Positions 9,833 through 18,442 of a DNA stretch of 64,000 nt are shown here, piece after piece. The DNA is from Promethearchaeota archaeon (GTDB taxonomy: Archaea > Asgardarchaeota > Lokiarchaeia > Sigyniarchaeales > SOKP01). Position numbers and translations under genes: made by a program. The notes beneath the pieces were generated by a model that worked only from the letters and a program-made list of their open reading frames with translations, had not been told where the DNA came from and made no database searches. Each line of letters starts with the position of its first letter. The first letter of the stretch is position 1. The DNA is taken from NCBI GenBank assembly GCA_048938005.1, contig JBHLMQ010000001.1, forward strand, positions 96,001 through 160,000. Direction: 5' to 3'.

Positions 9833-9991
9833 GTTTAGGATATGTTATTAAACTAATCATATGATATTCTAAATTAAAATCATAATTAAAATTAATTGAG
9901 TCCGATTTTTGAAATTTCTTAAATTATACTAATTTTTTAGTCATAACCAATGACAAGATATAAATTTTTTTCATTTTTTAAGTAAATAAGG

Positions 9992-11410
9992 ATGGAAATT
10001 GAAAAGAAAATCCCCGTCCACATTGGATTATTCGGACATATTGACTCTGGAAAAACCAAAATTGCTTCAGTACTTAGTGAAATAATTTCTACAGCTGGTA
10101 TTGATGCTCATCCACAAAGCAAAGAGAGAGGGATTACAATAGATTTAGGATTTACAAGTTTTATGCTTGATCAATACTTAATCACATTAGTAGATGGTCC
10201 AGGTCATGCAGATCTAATAAAAATTAGCGCTTCCTCAGTAGAAATTATTGATTGTGCTTTAATTGTTATTGACATTAATAAAGGGCCTCAAGTTCAAACT
10301 GGTGAGCATATAATTATTGTTGAGTCGCTCAATATCAAAAAAATCATTGTTATCCTCAATAAAACTGATTTATTCTCTGGAAATCTCGATGAAGAAATAA
10401 AAAAAACAAGAAAATTTTTCGATTCAACTTCCTTTGGTTATAATGTGCCAATTTTTGCGGTTTCTGCGAAAGAAAAGATTGGATTTGAAGAATTAAAAAA
10501 AGGTATATTAGAAACAATAAATTTTCTAAAGATTGAAAGACAAACTAAAGGAGATATTATAATTCCTATTGATCATCATTTTCCAATAAAAGGTATGGGA
10601 GCAATATTAACAGGGACAATTTTGGTTGGAACGTTAAAAGTAAATCAAAACTTAGAAATATTGCCTGTAAAAACATCTGGTAGAGTTAAAACTATCCAAA
10701 TTTTCCACCAAAATGTTTATTCTGCAAAAGCAGGTGATAGAGTTGGCATTAATATGAAAGGTTTAGATTTGAAAAAGGTTTATCGAGGGTGTTATGCTAC
10801 AACCAATCCTAATGCTTTTGAATATTGCAATATAATTGAGGTAAAAGTAAATAATAATAAACTCTTCAAACCTAAAACCAATTTTGGTACTCAAATACAC
10901 ATTACTATTGGAATGGTGACTACTAGTGGAAATATTTATCCTTACTATGATTTGGATGGAAAAAGGATTCAAACAATTGTTTCAAATGAAAATAGAGGAT
11001 TTAAGGCCCTAATAATCTTAAAGGAAAAAGTTTTAATAAAAAAAAAGAAATCAATCATGCTATTAAGTCGATTAGATTTACCTCCAACTACTTTAAGAAT
11101 ATTGGGATCAGCAGAGCTATTGAAGATACATAATGAATCCCCTTTATTTCATAAATATAAAGTAAAAAGAGGCACCATCAAAAATCTAGAACATTCTCAA
11201 GGGATTATCTGTGTAGGATTAGCACAAAGCGCTACTGGGGCAAAAAAAATTGTGGGAAAAGAATTAGAACCCCCTTTTACTAAAATTTTAGATACATTCG
11301 GTTCAAAGGGTGCAGTAATCGTTGGGATTAGCGGTAAAGAGACAAAAATAAAGAGAGGAGATCCAGTATTTCTAAAAGAATTAAGGAGTTTTCAACTAAA
11401 AAACATTTAA
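9992..11410 (+). CDS. selB: Selenocysteine-specific elongation factor SelB/eEFSec
   Basis: GHIDSGKT, PQSKERGITIDLGF, DGPGH, NKTD, DHHFPIKGMG; near tRNA-Sec and SepSecS. Confidence 0.9.
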   Translation: MEIEKKIPVHIGLFGHIDSGKTKIASVLSEIISTAGIDAHPQSKERGITIDLGFTSFMLDQYLITLVDGPGHADLIKISASSVEIIDCALIVIDINKGPQVQTGEHIIIVESLNIKKIIVILNKTDLFSGNLDEEIKKTRKFFDSTSFGYNVPIFAVSAKEKIGFEELKKGILETINFLKIERQTKGDIIIPIDHHFPIKGMGAILTGTILVGTLKVNQNLEILPVKTSGRVKTIQIFHQNVYSAKAGDRVGINMKGLDLKKVYRGCYATTNPNAFEYCNIIEVKVNNNKLFKPKTNFGTQIHITIGMVTTSGNIYPYYDLDGKRIQTIVSNENRGFKALIILKEKVLIKKKKSIMLLSRLDLPPTTLRILGSAELLKIHNESPLFHKYKVKRGTIKNLEHSQGIICVGLAQSATGAKKIVGKELEPPFTKILDTFGSKGAVIVGISGKETKIKRGDPVFLKELRSFQLKNI

Positions 11411-11450
11411 ATTCCCAAAAATTTATATTATCTTAACAGAGGTGTTAAAA

Positions 11451-11885
11451 TTGGAAAAAGCTGATGGCTCTGAAATTTCAATAAGCCAAGATATACTAGA
11501 CGAATTAATGCGTGCTTTAGAAAGGCTAGAAGCTTCGACAGATTTAGAAGGAACTGCAGTGGTTTCAAAAACAGGGTTAAGAATTGCGAGTTCTGAAACT
11601 GCTGATGTTGTATGGGATATTTACAGTGCGAGCCCCGCAACATTAATTTCATTAGGTGAAAAAATTAGTCAAGGATTAGAACAAGGTGAATTAAGGGATA
11701 TTGTTATTCGAGGGACTAAAGGGTATACAATTATCTTGGTTGGTTCTGCTGATAATAATTTTATGCTATTTACGAATTGCAAAAAAGGATATAAATTAGG
11801 GTACTATTTCCACAAAATAAGAAAAGCCTTCAAGGAAATGGAACCTGTTTTAAGAAAAATTGAAACTAAAAATATTAATTATTAA
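11451..11885 (+). CDS. Roadblock/LC7 (LAMTOR-like) protein
   Basis: LEGTAVVSKTGLRIAS...LGEKISQGLEQGELRDIVIRGTKGY; GAGGTG SD before TTG. Confidence 0.85.
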   Translation: MEKADGSEISISQDILDELMRALERLEASTDLEGTAVVSKTGLRIASSETADVVWDIYSASPATLISLGEKISQGLEQGELRDIVIRGTKGYTIILVGSADNNFMLFTNCKKGYKLGYYFHKIRKAFKEMEPVLRKIETKNINY

Positions 11886-11961
11886 AATATTTTATTTTCT
11901 TCTGATGTCTTAACTTCGTTAAAATTAATAAAAAAAGAAAGAATTCATTAAATAGCAGTTT

Positions 11962-12351
11962 TTACTTTATTAGCCATTTTACTTCATCTCCATCATTTAA
12001 AGGGTATTCCGGTGCACCTACATTTGGGAAATTATTATTAACCATATAAACCCATCCCCCACTAATTCCATCGATTTCTGATACGTAAATGCCCCAGCTA
12101 AAATCTACATATTCAATATCGCACCATTTGTCTAAAGCATCAAAAGCCGTTGTTTTTCCATTATCCAAAGTAAAGTTTTCATGGACTCTAATAGTTCCAT
12201 TTTTATAATCAACAATTAACGTAATATTTTTGACGCTTTCTTTTGGAGTTTCGGTTGGAGTATAATATAGGTTGAAATTAGCTATTATAAGCAATGAAAA
12301 ACTGGTTATCCCTGCAATTGCTATAATGAAAAATTTTAATTTCTTATTCAT
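11962..12351 (-). CDS. DUF4430 (transcobalamin C-terminal-like) membrane-anchored protein
   Basis: N-terminal TM, TAFDAL, GIYVSEIDG, GWVYMVN, LNDGDEVKW. Confidence 0.8.
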   Translation of the reverse strand: MNKKLKFFIIAIAGITSFSLLIIANFNLYYTPTETPKESVKNITLIVDYKNGTIRVHENFTLDNGKTTAFDALDKWCDIEYVDFSWGIYVSEIDGISGGWVYMVNNNFPNVGAPEYPLNDGDEVKWLIK

Positions 12352-12393
12352 AGAAGGGGTTCACTAATTCGAAAAAATAAAAATTAAAAATTT

Positions 12394-13206
12394 TTAATTT
12401 GTTCTTATTTTCTTTATTAAATTATGTATCACAATTATTAAAGTTGTAGCAATTACAGTACTAAGCAGCAATAATGGAAACGATGGTATTACTGGTTCAG
12501 TTTTTTGAAAATTTAACTCATAATCACTTAATTGTAGCTCGAGATCTGGACCAAAACTGCTCTGAACTTTACTATAAACTAAAATACCAGTTATTTTATC
12601 ATAAATCATCGTACAATTTTGATTCTTGTTATCTTGTTTAAAAGCAAATTCAACAATGTAATCATATTCCTTATAAATTAAACTTCCTTGCATGAATCCT
12701 GGCCCGGATACCTGGTCTATTGCCAAGGTTATTAAGTTTTCTAAATTATTAATTTGAATTAGAAAACCAGAATGAAACGAGTTATAACCAATAGCTAAAG
12801 ATAATCCCGCTTCGCTATTAGATACATTATAGAATGTAGTGTTAGTAATTAGTATTCCTGCTACATTTTCCATGAAAGTTATGTTAATATAGGGAATAGG
12901 GTTGTTAAAACAAGATGGAGCATATGCTAAAGGATCATCATCATAAAATCCTGTGAAATTAACAATGATCTGCCCTCCAGGATTTGTAATAGCATCACCT
13001 CTTGAAGACCAATTTAAATCGAGCCAGGTAAATTTAGAATCAAATTGCGTTATGTTATATATATAAGGTCTATTCAAATCTAATTGTTGATAATAGTTTA
13101 CTGGAATAGTATTATTTGCCATAGTTGAAGCAATTGTTGCAGAGAATATTAGTGGAACTATCATTAAACAAATAAGTATTTTAATTGAAATTCGATTAAG
13201 TCTCAT
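12394..13206 (-). CDS. Secreted/surface protein with Loki-CTERM-like anchor
   Basis: Signal peptide; C-terminal IPSFP + TM + basic tail. Confidence 0.65.
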   Translation of the reverse strand: MRLNRISIKILICLMIVPLIFSATIASTMANNTIPVNYYQQLDLNRPYIYNITQFDSKFTWLDLNWSSRGDAITNPGGQIIVNFTGFYDDDPLAYAPSCFNNPIPYINITFMENVAGILITNTTFYNVSNSEAGLSLAIGYNSFHSGFLIQINNLENLITLAIDQVSGPGFMQGSLIYKEYDYIVEFAFKQDNKNQNCTMIYDKITGILVYSKVQSSFGPDLELQLSDYELNFQKTEPVIPSFPLLLLSTVIATTLIIVIHNLIKKIRTN

Positions 13207-13321
13207 AATTATCTATTTTTTTCTTTAGTTTTTTATATAATAATATAAGCGCTTTTCCAAAGTGATTCTATTTTCATTTTTAGATCATAATTTTTAATAT
13301 GATTTTATAAAAGTAACATTT

Positions 13322-13403
13322 AATTTAAAGATAGGGTAACTTACCCTATAAAAACTTGGATTCTTACTCTTAAAAGATTGAACGTAGAACATGTGAAAAA
13401 TTT
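13322..13403. repeat. Left copy of ~80-bp imperfect inverted repeat with perfect palindrome ATAGGGTAA-C-TTACCCTAT (13331-13349)
   Basis: Aligns with the reverse complement of 15171-15252. Confidence 0.85.
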
Positions 13404-13501
13404 AAAAATTTGCTTCTTTTAAAATGATTGAGATTTTTAAATAATACATGATTTAATCAAGACAAACAAGAAAATTTTATTTTAGAGAGAAGAATTAAAA
13501 T

Positions 13502-14041
13502 ATGTCATCCAATGATATTAAAGAAAAATTTGGAAAGGAAAGAATTACCAATGAAATTAAAGAGAGTTACGAACATAAATTAGTCCAAAGACTCGAAGCT
13601 CCCCTTCTAGGATTAATTTTCTTCAGTATTGCGCTATGGGGTTCGAAGTTATTCACGTTTATCTCTCCAGGAACGAGTATAAAGTTCTTTATTGGAATTT
13701 ATGAAATTCATTTCCACCATTTTCATTATGGCATCATTGCATTGGCAATTGGATTAATACTTACTTTTTTTGAAGGAAAATGGTTTGTGAGAATTGAACA
13801 TATTCTATTTGGTGCGGGTTTAGGATTTATCGTTGATGAATATTGGTTGCTTTTAATATTGAATGATACAACTTATTTCGGTCCACAATCACAATTTATC
13901 TCCATGATGATTGGAATAATAATTACTTTGATTTATGTGGTAATAATCGTTGGAGTTTATTTTTATACGAGAGGAGAGCGAAAACTTTGGAAAGAGCTAT
14001 ATGACGCAGTAAAATCCGGCAAAATAAAAATGGATATATAA
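13502..14041 (+). CDS. Membrane protein with His-rich motif
   Basis: About 4 TM segments, EIHFHHFHYG and GLGFIVDE motifs. Confidence 0.7.
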   Translation: MSSNDIKEKFGKERITNEIKESYEHKLVQRLEAPLLGLIFFSIALWGSKLFTFISPGTSIKFFIGIYEIHFHHFHYGIIALAIGLILTFFEGKWFVRIEHILFGAGLGFIVDEYWLLLILNDTTYFGPQSQFISMMIGIIITLIYVVIIVGVYFYTRGERKLWKELYDAVKSGKIKMDI

Positions 14042-14053
14042 AAATTTTTTTCT

Positions 14054-14518
14054 TTAAAGTAAAGCTTTATTTATAATTTTTTCTTTTAATCCTTGCAGTG
14101 CTTTTTGCCATGCATTTTTAAAATAATTGCGAGCTTTTTGCCACTCTGCATCCTTTCTCCAGCCTGTATGGAATAAATGAATCAGTGTTTTATTTGGATC
14201 TTTTTCATTTTGAGAAAAAAATACAATCACATGGGTGAGAGGATCAGCAATATTCATAAAAGATTGAAAATCAACAGGTCCCTTCCAATTAAATGATATA
14301 AATTTATATCTCTCGATTCCAGTAATTTTACAGCCAATTGTGCTATTTTTTTCTCTGTTCTCAGGTTCCCAAAAAAGTTCATATTTCCCTCCAACCTTGG
14401 GATCTACATCAGCTTTTTCAGTTAACCAGCTCTCTAATAATTCATTGACAGTAAATAAATCAAATGCAGCAGATATGTTACAATGTATTTCTTCTTTAAT
14501 CAGAATAATGTCCTCCAT
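14054..14518 (-). CDS. SRPBCC/AHSA1-like domain protein
   Basis: DPKVGGKYELFW, ISFNW, LFHTGW. Confidence 0.85.
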   Translation of the reverse strand: MEDIILIKEEIHCNISAAFDLFTVNELLESWLTEKADVDPKVGGKYELFWEPENREKNSTIGCKITGIERYKFISFNWKGPVDFQSFMNIADPLTHVIVFFSQNEKDPNKTLIHLFHTGWRKDAEWQKARNYFKNAWQKALQGLKEKIINKALL

Positions 14519-14688
14519 AATTATGCACTAAAAATTAGTAACTGAGTAATTTTATTCTTTTAATTTAGTATTAGTTATTCACAGATTATTTAAAGATTTT
14601 TTTATAAAAATGTCAAAAATTTATATATATTAATATAATAATTAGTTTTAGCAAATAAAATCAAATCCAAAATAAAAAGGTAGAAATC

Positions 14689-15105
14689 ATGTCAGAACTA
14701 GAAAGAAGTATTAATGGATTAAGTGAATTTGTTAAAGCCATAAAAGAGGGGTATGAATTATTAAATGCTAATGAAAAATTTAAGGAAGAGTTTAAAGATG
14801 CAAATTTTAAAATACTTCTAAATCCAAAAGACAGATAATATGCTGCTTTAATAACAGTTGAAAATGGAACTGTGTCCGTTGGGGGGATATAAAACAAACC
14901 AAAAGAAAATATATCGAAAGAAAAGTTGGGTTGGGATAGTTATATGAAAACTACAAGGCAAATATTTAAGGATATCCGTGATGGAACGCTTTCAAGTCGT
15001 GATATAAGAGAGAAGGTTCTCGCTCGTAAGATAAAAGTTAAAGGATTAAAATATTTAGCATCATTTAGTCAAATGAGTGCTTTACGAAGAGGAGATACTA
15101 AATAA
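14689..15105 (+). pseudogene. SCP2 (sterol carrier protein 2)-like pseudogene with two in-frame TAA stops
   Basis: One frame from ATG 14689 to TAA 15103 reads ...FKILLNPKDR*YAALITVENGTVSVGGI*NKPK...WDSYMKTT...VLARKIKVKG; stops at 14836 and 14890; AAGGTAG SD-like motif upstream. Confidence 0.6.
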
Positions 15106-15170
15106 GACATTAAAATTTACTAGATATCAACTAAAATATTCTTTAGACCATTTTCTTTAATTCACTTTGA

Positions 15171-15252
15171 AAATATTTCATACGTTCTATTCTTATTATT
15201 TGAAGAGTAAAAGTCCGGAGCTCGTAGGGTAAGTTACCCGTATCTTTAAATT
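15171..15252. repeat. Right copy of the inverted repeat; palindrome GGGTAA-G-TTACCC (15227-15239) followed by TTTAAA
   Basis: Reverse complement aatttaaagatacgggtaacttaccctac... matches 13322 onward. Confidence 0.85.
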
Positions 15253-15305
15253 CTTTCTATACTTAATAATTAACATATCTAAAAAAAAATTACACAGAGA
15301 TTATA

Positions 15306-15950
15306 TTGGAATTAAAATCAGAAGCAAAAAAACCTAGTGAAAAAGTGGAATTTATAGATACTGAGCAAGAAAGAGTAAGTCATTCAATATTGTTGGAAAG
15401 AAGCTCTTTTCGAATTGCTTTAATCAGCACTTTTACTGCATTAGCTATCGTTTTAGGGTACTTGTTAGCATATATACCTAATATAGAGTTATTTACTTTA
15501 ACCATATTTTTATCAGGTTTTATCCTAGGTAAAAGAGATGGTATAATTGTTGGCTTTTTAAGTTCACTTATTTTCTGTTTTTTTAATCCTCTAGGGGCAT
15601 CTCCTTTACCGCTTTTAACTTTCCAATTAATTCATTATTCAATAACAGGATTAGTAGGGTCTTTATCCAACACTTATTTGAAAAAGAAGGATTTCTTTAA
15701 TCCAAACAAAGATTTATACATATTTTTTGTAATGGCTTTTTTTGGAGTACTTGGAGCATTAATCACATTGACTTTTCAGATATTATCTACATTAGGTTAT
15801 ACTTTTTCTTATGTTGGCACTATCAATGGATTTTTACCCGTGTTTCTTACAAATATAGCTTTTACTGCTATACATATAATTGGAAACACACTTGGATTCA
15901 TCTTTATATTGCCAGGACTAATCCAGCTTATAAACAGGATGCTTCATTAA
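15306..15950 (+). CDS. ECF transporter S component (CbrT-like, possibly cobalamin)
   Basis: IALISTFTALAIVL..IPNIE, GFILG...GIIVG, HIIGN; about 6 TM. Confidence 0.75.
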   Translation: MELKSEAKKPSEKVEFIDTEQERVSHSILLERSSFRIALISTFTALAIVLGYLLAYIPNIELFTLTIFLSGFILGKRDGIIVGFLSSLIFCFFNPLGASPLPLLTFQLIHYSITGLVGSLSNTYLKKKDFFNPNKDLYIFFVMAFFGVLGALITLTFQILSTLGYTFSYVGTINGFLPVFLTNIAFTAIHIIGNTLGFIFILPGLIQLINRMLH

Positions 15951-15962
15951 AAAAATAAGAAT

Positions 15963-16106
15963 TTAAAAAATAGCTAATAATGCTATCGCAGATGGCAACA
16001 TCAAAACTAATATTAATACTATACAAATTAACATACAGATATTTCTCTTTTTTCTCTCCTCATTACTATCATCAAAATCATTCTCATTGAAATTTTCTAC
16101 TTCCAT
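15963..16106 (-). CDS. Small tail-anchored protein (47 aa, not in ORF track)
   Basis: MEVENFNENDFDDSNEERKKRNICMLICIVLILVLMLPSAIALLAIF. Confidence 0.5.
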   Translation of the reverse strand: MEVENFNENDFDDSNEERKKRNICMLICIVLILVLMLPSAIALLAIF

Positions 16107-16176
16107 CTTATTTTCTCTTGTATTAATTTCCTTTTAAAACAGATAATATAGAAGGAGTATTGATATTATGAGCAGC

Positions 16177-16659
16177 TTATTCTACCTGAGCCAATAAAGT
16201 AAGCTTACCACCGGCGGCTTCAATTTTTCCAATTGCTTTTTTTGAAGCATTGTTAACAGTTATGTTAATTTTTTTATTAATTTTACCACGCCCTAAAATC
16301 TTTTGTATATTAATTTTGTTTAAATCAATACTGTATGTATTTCCAGATTTAGTGGCTTTTTTATCAATAACCAAATTTTCAATATATTGATCTAAGTCTT
16401 TGACATTAATAGTATTAACTTGATAAATTCTAACAATGTCTTGAGGTCTTTTAAAACCTCTCTTTCCAATATCCCAATCTGGGTCTGGAAATCCGAGTTC
16501 TTTTTGTTTTAAATAGTAGCTTTTCTTACTTTTTTTCCATTGAGTAGTTTTCCCTCTTCCAGCGCGTTGTCCTGTTTTCCGATGTTGTCCCACTCTCCCA
16601 TGTCCATGTGTACGCCTACCTCTCATTGTGCGGACTTTTTTTGGAAATTTTCTTGTAAT
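16177..16659 (-). CDS. rpl15: Ribosomal protein uL15 (probable ATT start at 16659)
   Basis: RGRRTHGHG, KILGRG, KIEAAGG; in-frame upstream ITRKFPKKVRT behind a GGTGA SD. Confidence 0.92.
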   Translation of the reverse strand: MTRKFPKKVRTMRGRRTHGHGRVGQHRKTGQRAGRGKTTQWKKSKKSYYLKQKELGFPDPDWDIGKRGFKRPQDIVRIYQVNTINVKDLDQYIENLVIDKKATKSGNTYSIDLNKINIQKILGRGKINKKINITVNNASKKAIGKIEAAGGKLTLLAQVE

Positions 16660-16676
16660 GATTGTTCACCTTTTTA

Positions 16677-17201
16677 TTATAGCATTTTGTGTATTAATTC
16701 ATTAATATATAAACCAACATTGCCAAGTGTTCCTCCTTCATTGAAATGTTTCTTAATAGTACCTCGATGTCCCTTTTTTGGCGGATGTAAGCGGAAAATT
16801 GGTTTAATTTTGTATATATATTTTTCTCGATATTGTATTTCTCCGTTCAGTAGCGCTTTAGCTAATTCTCTAAAATTTTTATAACTGGTTAAATTCTTGA
16901 TATGTTCTTCTGTTAGCGATTTATTACCTTCCACTTTTCCTCTTACTCTTAATAATCTAATCAATGTTTTTTCATCAATTTCTCCAAAAGCAATATAATC
17001 CTTACATTTTATAAGCATTCCTTTATACGAGGGAGTACCCCATATAAGAACCCCATGGTTTAATTTATACATTCTAAGCATCTTTAATGTATCTAATATT
17101 TTTCCTCTCATACCTGGAGCTCCTCTTATACGAATTGCAAAATATAGTTTTGGTGTTAATTCTCTTTCTTTTAATTTCGATTTCTTTTTTGCCATAGCCA
17201 T
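16677..17201 (-). CDS. rpl30: Ribosomal protein uL30
   Basis: AIRIRG, TLKMLR, FRLHPPKKG. Confidence 0.93.
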   Translation of the reverse strand: MAMAKKKSKLKERELTPKLYFAIRIRGAPGMRGKILDTLKMLRMYKLNHGVLIWGTPSYKGMLIKCKDYIAFGEIDEKTLIRLLRVRGKVEGNKSLTEEHIKNLTSYKNFRELAKALLNGEIQYREKYIYKIKPIFRLHPPKKGHRGTIKKHFNEGGTLGNVGLYINELIHKML

Positions 17202-17218
17202 TTAAGCACCACTCTTTT

Positions 17219-17833
17219 TTATAAATTAAAGTTGTATTTATGAGCATTTTTTAATGCATTAAATGTTGCTTTTACTAGATTTTCACTTGTTCTCGTGTCG
17301 CCGAAAGTCTTGCTCCACATATCTTCAATCCCACATAATCTTAAAACTGGCTTTACTTTGTCTGCACAAGCTAATCCTACGCCCACGGGCGCTGGAATGA
17401 GTTGAATTCTAATTGAGCCACATTTTCCTTTAATCTTAAAGGGAATACTATGAGTTCCTCCACATCCACATTCTTTACTTCCACAACCTCTTAAAACTGG
17501 AATCACTGAAAGTTTTGCTTTATCAATTGCTTTCCTAATAGCAGGTCCAACTTCTCGGCTTTTAGCTGATCCAACTCCAATAAATCCATCTGCCCCAACG
17601 AGTACAACTGCTTTGAACTTAGATCGCTGTCCACTCGCGGTCATCTGTTGGACCATCTTTATATCTGTTACATGTTCTGTTAATTGAGGTAAAAGTATAT
17701 TTATTATTTCTTTTTCTTTAACCACTATATTATTTTGAAATATTTTATCTAGAGTTATGAGCCCTTGTTGAACTAATTCTCCTAATTTGGTTTTTGGAAC
17801 CCATTCTTCATCCATATTTCTTAATCGACTCAT
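17219..17833 (-). CDS. rps5: Ribosomal protein uS5
   Basis: WVPKTKLG, RGCGS, LIPAPVGVG; start moved to MSRLR. Confidence 0.95.
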   Translation of the reverse strand: MSRLRNMDEEWVPKTKLGELVQQGLITLDKIFQNNIVVKEKEIINILLPQLTEHVTDIKMVQQMTASGQRSKFKAVVLVGADGFIGVGSAKSREVGPAIRKAIDKAKLSVIPVLRGCGSKECGCGGTHSIPFKIKGKCGSIRIQLIPAPVGVGLACADKVKPVLRLCGIEDMWSKTFGDTRTSENLVKATFNALKNAHKYNFNL

Positions 17834-17846
17834 TTTTTTCACTTTT

Positions 17847-18440
17847 TTAGGTTTTATTTTCAATCATTTTCAAAGAATCTGAAAATATTTGACTAATTTT
17901 CAGTGGATTCAATTTTTTCTTGTTTAAATAACCGGAGAATATTTGTTCATATTTTTCCGGCTCATTTGATTTTAGGATTTTTGCGTAAGCTTCAATATGA
18001 ATACCCTTAATTCTTTCTTCTAAGCCTTCCGGAAAAAATTCATTGCGATAAGGAATATTTATTCCTGTATCTAATAATCCTTTGCAAGCAGCAAGTATTC
18101 GATTTCTATGGTAGAAGATACCTAAATCAAAAATAGCATCTTGAATATTTTTAGATTTTGCTTTTAATCCTGCTAAATAACCAGTTAAATACGCTGCTGG
18201 AATGTTTCCAGTATTAGCATTCCAGCCATATTTTGATGTTAATTCCTTAGAAAAAGCAGAGATTAGAACTTTATCCCCCCCTATTTTAGACTGAACAATT
18301 TGAACGCTTATATGATCATTTGAAGCTCGAATAACTACTCTTAATTTTTTTGATTTTAGTAATCTCAATCTTTTTTGATAATCTGTTTTGCCATCATAAC
18401 GTCGTCGAAATGATCTTCTATACCTTGGACCTGTTGCCAT
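17847..18440 (-). CDS. rpl18: Ribosomal protein uL18
   Basis: GKTDYQKRLRLL, NIPAAYLTG. Confidence 0.95.
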   Translation of the reverse strand: MATGPRYRRSFRRRYDGKTDYQKRLRLLKSKKLRVVIRASNDHISVQIVQSKIGGDKVLISAFSKELTSKYGWNANTGNIPAAYLTGYLAGLKAKSKNIQDAIFDLGIFYHRNRILAACKGLLDTGINIPYRNEFFPEGLEERIKGIHIEAYAKILKSNEPEKYEQIFSGYLNKKKLNPLKISQIFSDSLKMIENKT

Positions 18441-18442
18441 TT

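Noticed and set aside
4474-11410. Selenoprotein with in-frame TGA or a SECIS near the Sec machinery
   Set aside because: Neighbouring ORFs look complete and TGA-ending genes stop at expected C-termini; no convincing SECIS by eye, though a covariance search was not possible
14836-14892. TAA stop-codon reassignment or readthrough
   Set aside because: TAA terminates most conserved genes in the window, so pseudogenisation is simpler
14661-14897. 78-aa minus-strand ORF in the track
   Set aside because: Antisense shadow of the SCP2-like pseudogene
13322-15252. Integron attC sites or classic IS ends
   Set aside because: No RYYYAAC/GTTRRRY-bounded cassette pattern in direct orientation, no target-site duplication and no transposase seen
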